From: Alphaproteobacteria bacterium
GTDB taxonomy: Bacteria > Pseudomonadota > Alphaproteobacteria > GCA-2731375
Reading direction: 5' to 3'
Length of the DNA: 64,000 bases
Assembly (NCBI GenBank): GCA_965232515.1
Contig: CBDDPY010000002.1
Location: 6,592,001-6,656,000 of the forward strand
The notes under the pieces are model-generated. The model had not been told where the DNA came from, ran no database searches, and saw nothing but the letters and a program-made list of their open reading frames with translations. How positions within the stretch are numbered: position 1 is the stretch's first letter; the number at the start of each line of letters is the position of its first letter. Both the position numbers and the translations under genes were made by a program. This document shows positions 10,835-18,817 of the stretch, one piece after another.

Positions 10835-11179
10835 ATGGCAACAACCATGCATCTTCAGAAAGTGGCGAGCTGCCTGGAGGCGCTGGGCAACGAGACCCGG
10901 CTGTCGATCTTCCGGCTGCTCGTGCCCTACGGTCCGAGCGGTCTGTCGGTGGGCGACATCCAAAAGGAGTTGGGCGTGCCCGGGTCGACGCTCTCGCACC
11001 ATCTCTCGCGCCTGGTCTGGGAAGGACTGGTCCGGCAGGAGCGGCAGGGCCGCAGCCTGATGTGCATCGCCGACTTCGAGGCCATGGACGGCATCATCGC
11101 CTTCATGACCAGGGAATGCTGCGTGCTGGCCGATCCGGCCGATGTCGGCGCCTCGAAGAAGACCCCCGAGCCGGCCTGA
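10835..11179 (+). CDS. arsR: ArsR/SmtB family repressor with C-terminal vicinal Cys-Cys
   Basis: ALGNETRLSIFRLLV, STLSHHL, ERQGRS, FMTRECC. Confidence 0.85.
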   Translation: MATTMHLQKVASCLEALGNETRLSIFRLLVPYGPSGLSVGDIQKELGVPGSTLSHHLSRLVWEGLVRQERQGRSLMCIADFEAMDGIIAFMTRECCVLADPADVGASKKTPEPA

Positions 11180-11194
11180 AAATTTTTTGGCTTC

Positions 11195-11218
11195 TTATTT
11201 CGATAATTCTAGAAATAT
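11195..11218. promoter_or_regulatory. ArsR operator 2
   Basis: TTATTTCGATAATTCTAGAAATAT matches 10774-10797 at 23 of 24 positions. Confidence 0.75.
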
Positions 11219-11229
11219 AGGAATCGAAC

Positions 11230-11463
11230 GTGCTGGCCGAACTCATCAATCAAACGATCGATCTGGCCTGCCAACGCTGGGTGCGGCGGCAGCTTCGCCG
11301 CGAGCTCGAGGCGATGGACGATGCCTTGCTGGACGACATCGGCATCCGACGCAAGGACATCCCGCGTATCGTCGCGGCGACCACGCGCGACCGGCGCGCC
11401 GCGACGCCCGATCCGAACATCCACTGGCTGGATCTCTACCGACGACGAAAGGGTCTGTCATGA
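11230..11463 (+). CDS. DUF1127 (YjiS-like) small protein
   Basis: RRQLRRELEAMDDALLDDIGIRRKDI motif; stop overlaps next ATG (ATGA). Confidence 0.75.
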   Translation: MLAELINQTIDLACQRWVRRQLRRELEAMDDALLDDIGIRRKDIPRIVAATTRDRRAATPDPNIHWLDLYRRRKGLS

Positions 11464-12503
11464 CCACGCTAGCGCTCACCCTCAATCAGGTCTCCCGTCG
11501 CGTCGCGGCGTTCGATCGCGTCTGGCTCGGCCTGGCGCTGGCGCTTTTGCTCGGCGTCGCGTTTGCGCCGGACCAGACCGAGCGCAGCCTCATCTTCCTG
11601 GCCGAGGCGCTGCTGCACATCGCGCCGTTCCTCGCCGTTTCGGTGGGCGTTGCCGCCTATGCCGGCGCCAGCGGCGCCGACAATATGATCGCGCGGGTGT
11701 TCCAGGGCGGGCAGGCGCGCATGATCCTGCTCGCCGCTGTTTTCGGCGGCCTGTCGCCGTTCTGCTCCTGCGGCGTCATTCCGCTGATCGCGGCGCTGCT
11801 CGCCATGGGCGTGCCGCTGGCGCCGGTGATGGCGTTCTGGCTGGCGTCGCCGATCATGGACCCGGAGATGTACATTCTGACCGCCGCCGCCATCGGACCC
11901 GGTTTCGCGACGGCCAAGGCCGCCGCCGCCATCGCGCTCGGCCTGTTCGGCGGCTTCGCCACTTTGGCGCTGCAACGTTTGGGCCTGTTCGCCATGCCAC
12001 TCAAGCCCGGCGTCGGCGACGGCGGTTGCGCCGCCGGTTCGGTGCACAGCGACGGCCGCGTCGCCTGGCGTTTCTGGCGGGAGCCCGAGCGCTGGGCGAA
12101 GTTCTGGCGCGACGCCCGCTGGAACGCCCTGTTCCTGGGCAAGTGGCTGGTACTCGCTTTCGTGCTGGAAAGCCTGATGGTCGCCTATGTGCCGGCCGAC
12201 GCCATCGCCACGCTGCTGGGCGGCGACAGCCCGTTCGCGGTGCCGCTCGCCGTCATCGTCGGCGTGCCGGCATACCTCAATGGCTATGCCGCGATCCCGT
12301 TGGTCGGCGGCCTGATCGATCTCGGCATGGCGCCGGCCGCCGGGCTTGCGTTCATGGTCGCCGGCGGCGTCACCAGCGTGCCGGCCGCCATCGCCGTCTT
12401 CGCGCTCGTCCGCACGCCGGTTTTCGCCACCTACATCGCGACGGCGCTCGTCGGCGCCATGCTGGTCGGCCTCACCGCGCTCGCCGTCATGGGAATGTCA
12501 TAG
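11460..12503 (+). CDS. DUF318 / ArsP-family permease
   Basis: SPFCSCGVIP, AFWLASPIMDP, VPAYLNG motifs; multiple TM helices; downstream of arsR. Confidence 0.8.
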   Translation: MTTLALTLNQVSRRVAAFDRVWLGLALALLLGVAFAPDQTERSLIFLAEALLHIAPFLAVSVGVAAYAGASGADNMIARVFQGGQARMILLAAVFGGLSPFCSCGVIPLIAALLAMGVPLAPVMAFWLASPIMDPEMYILTAAAIGPGFATAKAAAAIALGLFGGFATLALQRLGLFAMPLKPGVGDGGCAAGSVHSDGRVAWRFWREPERWAKFWRDARWNALFLGKWLVLAFVLESLMVAYVPADAIATLLGGDSPFAVPLAVIVGVPAYLNGYAAIPLVGGLIDLGMAPAAGLAFMVAGGVTSVPAAIAVFALVRTPVFATYIATALVGAMLVGLTALAVMGMS

Positions 12504-12584
12504 ACCGCGCGTCCGACGTCACGTGACCGTCACCTGCCACCGATAAGGTTTTCGAATCGGAAGAACCAATGGGCAGGCAGGATC

Positions 12585-13460
12585 ATGTGGAAGACACTTG
12601 CTTCGATCGCGGCGGTGGCGGCCATGGCGCTGGCCGCCACCGCGGCACAGGCGGACGCTCTCAAGCTTGCCGTCACCGACGTCGAGGGCATGGAGCGGCT
12701 GCAGACCGAATGGGGACCGTTCAAGTCGGCGCTCGAAAAAGCCACCGGCATGACCTTCGAGATGTTCCCCGTCAACAGCCGCACCGCGGCGGCCGAGGCG
12801 CTGCGGGCCGAGCGCATCGACTTCGCCGTCACCGGTCCGGCCGAATATGTCGTCATCAACAAGCTGACCGATGCCAAGCCGCTGATCGGCCTGGGCCGGC
12901 CGGACTATTTTTGCGCCATCATCGTCATGGCCGATTCCGGCATCAACCGGCCCAGGGACCTCAAGGGCAAGAAGGTCGCGTTCTCCGACATCGGCTCGAC
13001 CTCGGGCCATCTCTGCCCGATGCAGCTGTTCAGCGACTACGGCGTCGACCCGACGTCTGACGTCCAGCCCATCCACACCTCGCGCAACGTCATGCACGAG
13101 GCGCTGAAGCGCGGCGACGTTGCCGCCATCGGCTACAACCACAATAGCTGGGTCTCGAAGGCGCGCGACAAGGACAGCTCTGTGCCGCCCGGCGCCTTTA
13201 AAATGATCGCGCGGTCCGGCGACCTGCCGAACGACATGATCATGGTCGGCAGCCATGTCGATCCGGCGCTGGCCGAGAAGGTCCGCGCAGGCATCATCGA
13301 CAACAAGGCGGACGTCATCGCCGGCATTCTGTCGCATGACGAGAACACCAAATACACGGGCATGGACCTGCACGCGATCGAGGACGCGGACTACGACATC
13401 GTCCGGTCCATGTACACGACCGCCGGCTTCCCTCAGTTCGACAAGTTCATCGGCGATTGA
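12585..13460 (+). CDS. phnD: PhnD-like phosphate/phosphite/phosphonate ABC substrate-binding protein
   Basis: Signal peptide; DLKGKKVAFSDIGSTSGHLCP, LPND motifs. Confidence 0.75.
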   Translation: MWKTLASIAAVAAMALAATAAQADALKLAVTDVEGMERLQTEWGPFKSALEKATGMTFEMFPVNSRTAAAEALRAERIDFAVTGPAEYVVINKLTDAKPLIGLGRPDYFCAIIVMADSGINRPRDLKGKKVAFSDIGSTSGHLCPMQLFSDYGVDPTSDVQPIHTSRNVMHEALKRGDVAAIGYNHNSWVSKARDKDSSVPPGAFKMIARSGDLPNDMIMVGSHVDPALAEKVRAGIIDNKADVIAGILSHDENTKYTGMDLHAIEDADYDIVRSMYTTAGFPQFDKFIGD

Positions 13461-14263
13461 TGGCGCAAGCCGCCCTCGCGGCCCGGTCGGCGGAGGCGCC
13501 GGCTGCCCGCTCGCGGCCCGCGCCGGTCGAGCTCGCGGTCGCCGGCCTCGGTAAGGCGTTCGCGGCCGACACGCCGATCTTCGGGAACGTCTCGTTCGAG
13601 GTGCGGCGGGGCGAGGCGGTGGCGTTGATCGGCGCCAATGGCGCCGGCAAGTCGACCCTGCTGCGCTGTTGCGTCCGCCTGATCGAGCCGACGGCGGGCG
13701 ACGTGCGGCTGTTCGACAGACCGGTGACGGCGGCGTCGCCGCGCCAGCTTCGCCGCCTGCGGGGGCGGATCGGCTTCGTCTTCCAGAAGCACAATCTGGT
13801 GCCGCGGCTGTCGGCGTTGTCGAACGTGCTGCATGGCGCGCTCGCCGACCGCTGGGGTCCGGCCTACTGGTCGCACGCGCTGGCGCCGTCCTCCGCGCGG
13901 GCCCGCGCCATGGCCTCTCTTGAGCGGGTCGGTCTCGCCGACATCGCCGGCCGCCGCGCCGACCGGCTGTCGGGCGGTCAGTCGCAGCGGGTCGCCATCG
14001 CCCGGGCGCTGATGCAGCAGCCCCGCATGATCATGGCCGACGAGCCGGTCGCCAGCCTCGATCCCGCGGCCGGCGAGGATGTGATGCGGCTCTTCGTCTC
14101 GCTGATCCGCGATCAGGGTCTGACCCTGGTCTTCACCTCGCATCACCTGGACCACGCGCTGACCTACGCCGACCGTGTCATTGGCCTGCGCGACGGACGT
14201 CTCGCCGTCGATGCGCCGGCGGCCGAGCTCAGCGCGGCGGCCTTGCGACACATCTATGACTGA
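13457..14263 (+). CDS. phnC: PhnC-like ABC ATP-binding protein
   Basis: GANGAGKST, FQKHNLVPRLSALSNVLHG, LSGGQSQR, ADEPVASLDP. Confidence 0.85.
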   Translation: MMAQAALAARSAEAPAARSRPAPVELAVAGLGKAFAADTPIFGNVSFEVRRGEAVALIGANGAGKSTLLRCCVRLIEPTAGDVRLFDRPVTAASPRQLRRLRGRIGFVFQKHNLVPRLSALSNVLHGALADRWGPAYWSHALAPSSARARAMASLERVGLADIAGRRADRLSGGQSQRVAIARALMQQPRMIMADEPVASLDPAAGEDVMRLFVSLIRDQGLTLVFTSHHLDHALTYADRVIGLRDGRLAVDAPAAELSAAALRHIYD

Positions 14264-15074
14264 GCTCGCGACCGGCCGTCCGGCCGAGACGCGCGCGGCG
14301 CCGGCGCGCTACGAGCGTCCGAACGCCGTCACATTTATCTTGTACGTGGCCGTCGTCGCCTTCCTCGTCTGGTCCTTCGAGGGCGCCGGCTGGTCCTTTT
14401 CTCAGCTCGGCAGCGGCCTGCCGGCGCTCGGCGATTTTCTGGACCGCGCCTGGCCGCCCAGCCTCGATCGCTTCGACCGCATCGGCGGCGCCGTGCTCGA
14501 AACCTTCCAGATGGCGCTGGTCGGCACGGTCGTCGGCGTCGCGCTCAGCCTGCCGCTCGGCATCCTGGCGGCGCGCGGGCTCGCCGGCCGCTGGGTCAAC
14601 GCCGCGACGCGCGGCTTGATTGCGCTGTTCCGCACCGTGCCCGACCTGGTCTGGGCGCTGATCTTCGTCATCACCGTCGGTCTCGGGCCGTTCGCCGGCA
14701 CGCTCGCCATCGTCGTCGACACCATCGGCTTCTGCGGCCGCTTCTTCGCCGAGGCCATGGAAGACGTCGACAAGGGACCGCAGGAGGCGCTGACAGCCGT
14801 CGGCGCCTCGCGCGTCGACACCATTTTCTGCACGGTCGTCCCCGCGGCGATGCCGGCCTTCGTCACCACGGCGCTGTTCGCGCTCGAGAAATCGACCCGT
14901 TCGTCCGTCGTCCTCGGCCTGGTCGGCGCCGGCGGCATTGGGCTCGAGCTGAAAGTGGCCATGGACCTGTTCGACTATCCGACGGCGATGACCATCATTC
15001 TCTTGATCTTCGCGCTGGTGCTGACGGTCGAGCGCTTTGGCGCGACGTTGCGGCAGCGTATTCTGGCTAACTAA
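14256..15074 (+). CDS. phnE: PhnE-like ABC permease
   Basis: FRTVPDLVWALIFV, GLGPFAG, RSSVVLGLVGAGGIG. Confidence 0.85.
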   Translation: MTELATGRPAETRAAPARYERPNAVTFILYVAVVAFLVWSFEGAGWSFSQLGSGLPALGDFLDRAWPPSLDRFDRIGGAVLETFQMALVGTVVGVALSLPLGILAARGLAGRWVNAATRGLIALFRTVPDLVWALIFVITVGLGPFAGTLAIVVDTIGFCGRFFAEAMEDVDKGPQEALTAVGASRVDTIFCTVVPAAMPAFVTTALFALEKSTRSSVVLGLVGAGGIGLELKVAMDLFDYPTAMTIILLIFALVLTVERFGATLRQRILAN

Positions 15075-15090
15075 AGGGGAGGGGACGGTA

Positions 15091-15753
15091 ATGAACGAGA
15101 CGGCAACCGCGCACCGCGCTTGGAACGACCGCTGGCGGACCGCCGAGGGGCGGGCCGACTGGCTCACGCCCGAGGCCGACGTGCTCGACGGCGCCAGGCT
15201 GGTCTGGGACCGCGGTGGCCGGCGGGCGCTCGATCTCGGCTGCGGCGTCGGCCGCCATGCGCTCGCCCTCGCCAGCCTCGGCTTCGAGACATCCGCGCTC
15301 GACGGCAGCGAGGCCGGTATTGCCGAGCTGCGTGCCCAGGCCGAGGCCGCCGATCTCGCCATCGAAACCGGCGTCGGCTTCATGACCGACCTGCCCTATG
15401 CGGACGCCGCCTTCGACTACGTGCTGTCGTTCAACGTGATCTATCACGGCGACGGCGAGATCGTCCGCCGCGCCATCGCCGAGATCCGCCGCGTGCTGAA
15501 GCCGGGCGGCATCTACCAGGGCACTATGCTGTCGAAACGCAACGCCAACCATGGCGTCGGCACCGAGGTCGCGCCCCACACCTTCGTCCGCGACGGCGAT
15601 GGCGACAAGGACCACCCCCACTTCTACTGCAACGCCGCCGAGCTGGTCGCCCTTTTCGCCGATTTCGAGCTGCTCTCCCTCATCGATCGCGAGCACAGCA
15701 AACCCGGCTCCTGGCACTGGCACCTCCTCGCCGAACACAAACAATTCCGGTGA
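15091..15753 (+). CDS. Class I SAM-dependent methyltransferase
   Basis: ALDLGCGVGRH, LPYADAAFDYV, RVLKPGG; strong RBS GGGGAGG. Confidence 0.85.
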   Translation: MNETATAHRAWNDRWRTAEGRADWLTPEADVLDGARLVWDRGGRRALDLGCGVGRHALALASLGFETSALDGSEAGIAELRAQAEAADLAIETGVGFMTDLPYADAAFDYVLSFNVIYHGDGEIVRRAIAEIRRVLKPGGIYQGTMLSKRNANHGVGTEVAPHTFVRDGDGDKDHPHFYCNAAELVALFADFELLSLIDREHSKPGSWHWHLLAEHKQFR

Positions 15754-15767
15754 CAGTAACCATAACT
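15743..15767 (+). repeat. 25-nt dispersed repeat, single copy, containing the methyltransferase stop codon
   Basis: AATTCCGGTGACAGTAACCATAACT; near-identical copies at 22020, 22064 and (inverted) 22105. Confidence 0.8.
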
Positions 15768-15804
15768 CTGTTGCCTGAAGCCGAAGGTCACGACAGGTCG
15801 GTTT

Positions 15805-15927
15805 TCACCTCGAAGACACAAAGACACCAAGAGTCAAAACATCCAGCAGCCGTGCCGCTGGTCATCGCGCGACACGGGCTTGGCGTCTCGCCCGCGTGAT
15901 CTTGGTGTCTTCGCGCCTTTGTGGTGA
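15805..15927. repeat. REP-like inverted pair (CACC..AAGACACAAAG family)
   Basis: TCACCTCGAAGACACAAAGACACCAAGA and TCTTGGTGTCTTCGCGCCTTTGTGGTGA are imperfect inverted copies. Confidence 0.65.
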
Positions 15928-16008
15928 TCCTTCCCCGCGTTCGCGGATGCCAATGAACGCGCCGGTGAAATACGCTAGTCTGCCGGCGTGACAGGCGGAG
16001 GTTCTCGG

Positions 16009-16500
16009 ATGACAGTCACGGTACGGCCGGCCACGGTCGACGACTTGGCCGCGTTGATCGAAATGGCGCGTGCGCTGATCGTCCAGCACGGCAAGTCGAC
16101 CGAATACCTGACCGCCGAGGCGCTGCGCCGCGACGCCTTTGGGCCCGACGCCGACGTGCAGATCGTCATCGCCGAGCTTGACGGCGCCGCCGCCGGTTTC
16201 GCGCTCTATCACGACGCCTACGAGTCGGACTATGCCGCCCGCGGCGTCTATGTCTGCGATATTTTTGTTGCGGAAGCCGCGCGCCGGCATGGGCTCGGCC
16301 GCGCCCTGATGGCCGCCGTCGCCCGCGACGCCAAATCCCGCGGCCGCACCTTCCTCTGGTGGGCGTCACAGCCCTGGAACAAAGACGCCGTCGCCTTCTA
16401 CGACAGCATCGGCGCCATTACCGAGCCGGTGAACGCGCACGCGCTCACCTTCGAGCATTTCGAGACGCTGGCCCGGGAAGCGGATCAGTCCGACGTGTAG
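16009..16500 (+). CDS. GNAT family N-acetyltransferase (SSAT-like)
   Basis: VRPATVDD, DIFVAEAARRHGLGRALM, WNKDAVAFYDSIGA. Confidence 0.85.
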   Translation: MTVTVRPATVDDLAALIEMARALIVQHGKSTEYLTAEALRRDAFGPDADVQIVIAELDGAAAGFALYHDAYESDYAARGVYVCDIFVAEAARRHGLGRALMAAVARDAKSRGRTFLWWASQPWNKDAVAFYDSIGAITEPVNAHALTFEHFETLAREADQSDV

Positions 16501-17261
16501 TCGATGTCGTCGGCGGGCAGGTGGCGCCAGCTTGTGCCCTGCGCGCGTTCCTCCAGGTAATGGGCGGCAAGGCTGACCGAGCGCGGCGTGATCAGAAAGG
16601 CGCGGGCGGCCTGCCAGGGAAAACCGAGGTCGAGGATAACAGCGGCGATGACGCCATCAAGATTCATCGGGACCGCCCGGCCCGCTGCCGTTTCGACCGC
16701 CCGCTCGATCAACCGCGCGAGGCGGCAGTAACGGCCGAACACGCCCTCGGCCGCGGCGATCTCCAGCAGCTTCGGCGCCCGCGGGTCGGCGCCGTGCAGC
16801 GGGATGCCGAAGCCCGGCACGCGGTCGCCGGCCGCCCGCGCGTCGGCGACAACCGCCCGCGCCGCCGCTTCCAGGCCATCGTCCGTCTCGTCCGCCGGCA
16901 TCGCGTCCGTCAGCAGCTTCGCGAACTGCTCGCCGGCGCCGCCCATGACGTCGCCGAAGGCGAGGATGCCGCCGGCCATCGCCGCCTGGATCGTCGTGCC
17001 GTAGGAGGCGAAGCAGCGCGCGATCATCGACGGCGGCGCAATGCCGTGCTCCATGGAGGCCACCAGCAGCGCGTCCAGCGTCCGCGCCTGCGCCGGGTCC
17101 GGCCGCCGCCCGCTCAACAGCAGAAACATCATCTCCGCGAAAGAGACGTTGCCGACGAGGTCGCTCAGCCGCTCGCCTCGCACCACCACCTCTTCGGCGG
17201 CCACGTCGCTGACCACCCGCGCGATGCCGGTCCGCCAATGCCGCATGTCATCGCCGCTCAT
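16485..17261 (-). CDS. Citrate synthase superfamily / citryl-CoA lyase-like protein
   Basis: WRTGIA, VVRG, MEHG, VPGFG, DPRA, PMNLDG. Confidence 0.75.
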   Translation of the reverse strand: MSGDDMRHWRTGIARVVSDVAAEEVVVRGERLSDLVGNVSFAEMMFLLLSGRRPDPAQARTLDALLVASMEHGIAPPSMIARCFASYGTTIQAAMAGGILAFGDVMGGAGEQFAKLLTDAMPADETDDGLEAAARAVVADARAAGDRVPGFGIPLHGADPRAPKLLEIAAAEGVFGRYCRLARLIERAVETAAGRAVPMNLDGVIAAVILDLGFPWQAARAFLITPRSVSLAAHYLEERAQGTSWRHLPADDIDYTSD

Positions 17262-17296
17262 CCTTCGCCTCCCGTTAGACAGACCCATCCCCTACC

Positions 17297-17374
17297 GTCA
17301 TGCCCGGACTTGATCCGGGCATCCAGACAGACGGAACGACCATGCTGGATTGCCGGATCAAGTCCGGCAATGAC
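17297..17374. repeat. REP-like inverted pair (GTCATGCCCGGACTTGATCCGGGCATCCA)
   Basis: 17297-17325 and 17346-17374 are inverted copies, each itself a hairpin. Confidence 0.85.
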
Positions 17375-17403
17375 CAATAAGCGGGACTTGGGCGCAGGCC
17401 AGC

Positions 17404-18615
17404 CTAATCCGCCATCTTTAGGTAGCCGTCGTCGTATACCACCCGGTCGGCGGCGGTGAAGCGGCGCATGCGTTCCAGCTCGGCGGCGATGCCGTCCTTG
17501 CGGCCGCGCGACTGCCGCACCTTGGGTTCCAGCCACAGGCCCTTCACCCGCAGCACGCCCGACTGCCGCTCGTGCTTCATGTCGACGCGGCCGATCAGCC
17601 GGTCGCCCTCCAGCAGCGGGAAGACGTAATAGCCGTAGCGCCGCTTGGCCTCGGGCACGAACACTTCGATCCGATAATCGAAGCCGAACAGCCGCTGCGC
17701 CCGGTTCCGGTCGCGCAGCAGCGGGTCGAACGGGCTGAGCGTGCGGATGCGCGCCGGCGGCTCGGGCACGTCGTCCAACCGGTCCGACAGGTCCGGCCAG
17801 GCATAGGCGGCGCGCGGCTTGCCGCCGTCGGCCGGTGCTACCAGCACCTCGATGATCTCGCCGGCCTCGAATTTATCGCGGCACCACCGCTTGGCCTCGT
17901 CCGGCGTCACCAGCGCCCAGAAGGCCGCGAGCTCGCCCGAGGTCGCGAAGCCCAGCCGGTCGAGGGCGCTGCGGCAGGCCCAGTCGACATATTCCGCCGT
18001 ATGCGGCAGATGCGTCCGGTGCGCCTCGGGAATCACCCGCTCGGTCAGGTCGTAGACCTTCTGGAAGCCCTCGCGCCGGGCCACGGCCAGCGCGCCGGTG
18101 CGCCAGTGATATTCCAAGGCCGTCTTCGACGGATGCCAGTCCCACCAGCCGCCGGCGTTCTTCTTCTCGCCGTTGCCCAGATCGCGAGCCATCACCGGGC
18201 CGTCGTCGGTGATCTGGCGCAGCACCTGATCCAGAACTTCCTCGAAGCCGTCGCGCCGCCACTTGCGCCAGCGTTCGCGCAGTCGCGCCGCCTCGCGCGC
18301 GAACTTCGGCCGCCAATAGGGGTAGAACGCCGTCGGGATGATCGACGCGTCGTGGGTCCAGTTCTCGAACACCGCGGCGTCGCGTTCGTGCAGCCGCGCC
18401 AGCTGCTTCTGCCGGTAGGTCTGGTTGCGCGAGAACAGGATCTGGTGGTGCGCCCGCTCGACCGTGTTGATGCTGTCGACCTGCACGAATCCGATCTGAT
18501 CGATCAGGTCCAGCAGGCCCTCCTGGCTCAGCTTCCGGTGCGGGGCGCGCGCCAGGCCCTGCCGCGCCAGAAACAGCCGGCGGGCGATCGTGTTGGGAAT
18601 GAGAGGTGGGGACAT
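17404..18615 (-). CDS. ycaQ: YcaQ-like (HTH_42) DNA crosslink glycosylase
   Basis: GFVQVDSINTVERAHH (QxD motif), FENWTHDAS, LSPFDP, YRIEVFVPEAKRRYGYY. Confidence 0.85.
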   Translation of the reverse strand: MSPPLIPNTIARRLFLARQGLARAPHRKLSQEGLLDLIDQIGFVQVDSINTVERAHHQILFSRNQTYRQKQLARLHERDAAVFENWTHDASIIPTAFYPYWRPKFAREAARLRERWRKWRRDGFEEVLDQVLRQITDDGPVMARDLGNGEKKNAGGWWDWHPSKTALEYHWRTGALAVARREGFQKVYDLTERVIPEAHRTHLPHTAEYVDWACRSALDRLGFATSGELAAFWALVTPDEAKRWCRDKFEAGEIIEVLVAPADGGKPRAAYAWPDLSDRLDDVPEPPARIRTLSPFDPLLRDRNRAQRLFGFDYRIEVFVPEAKRRYGYYVFPLLEGDRLIGRVDMKHERQSGVLRVKGLWLEPKVRQSRGRKDGIAAELERMRRFTAADRVVYDDGYLKMAD

Positions 18616-18817
18616 GGGCAATGAATACGGACGGTTAGACAGCGCTGTTGATTCCCGGAACCATCAGTATATCCCGATTGCCGCGTCGGTTTCTGTCAGC
18701 AGCGATGGCAAATGACCTCGAAACGTATCGTTTATGTATCGATTGCGTTTTCGAGCATAAATACCTGAAAATTAATATGTTTTGACGTATGCACACTGGT
18801 CCGCGCATAGTAGGGCC

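Noticed and set aside
12585-15074. Phosphonate C-P lyase or ptx/htx operon
   Set aside because: No phnG-M, ptxD or htxA genes are adjacent, and I saw no clear Pho box
15091-15753. Calling the methyltransferase arsM
   Set aside because: It lacks the multi-cysteine pattern of ArsM
18700-18800. ModE or LysR box in the AT-rich region upstream of fdhD
   Set aside because: No convincing dyad match by eye; a regulatory role is plausible but unsupported
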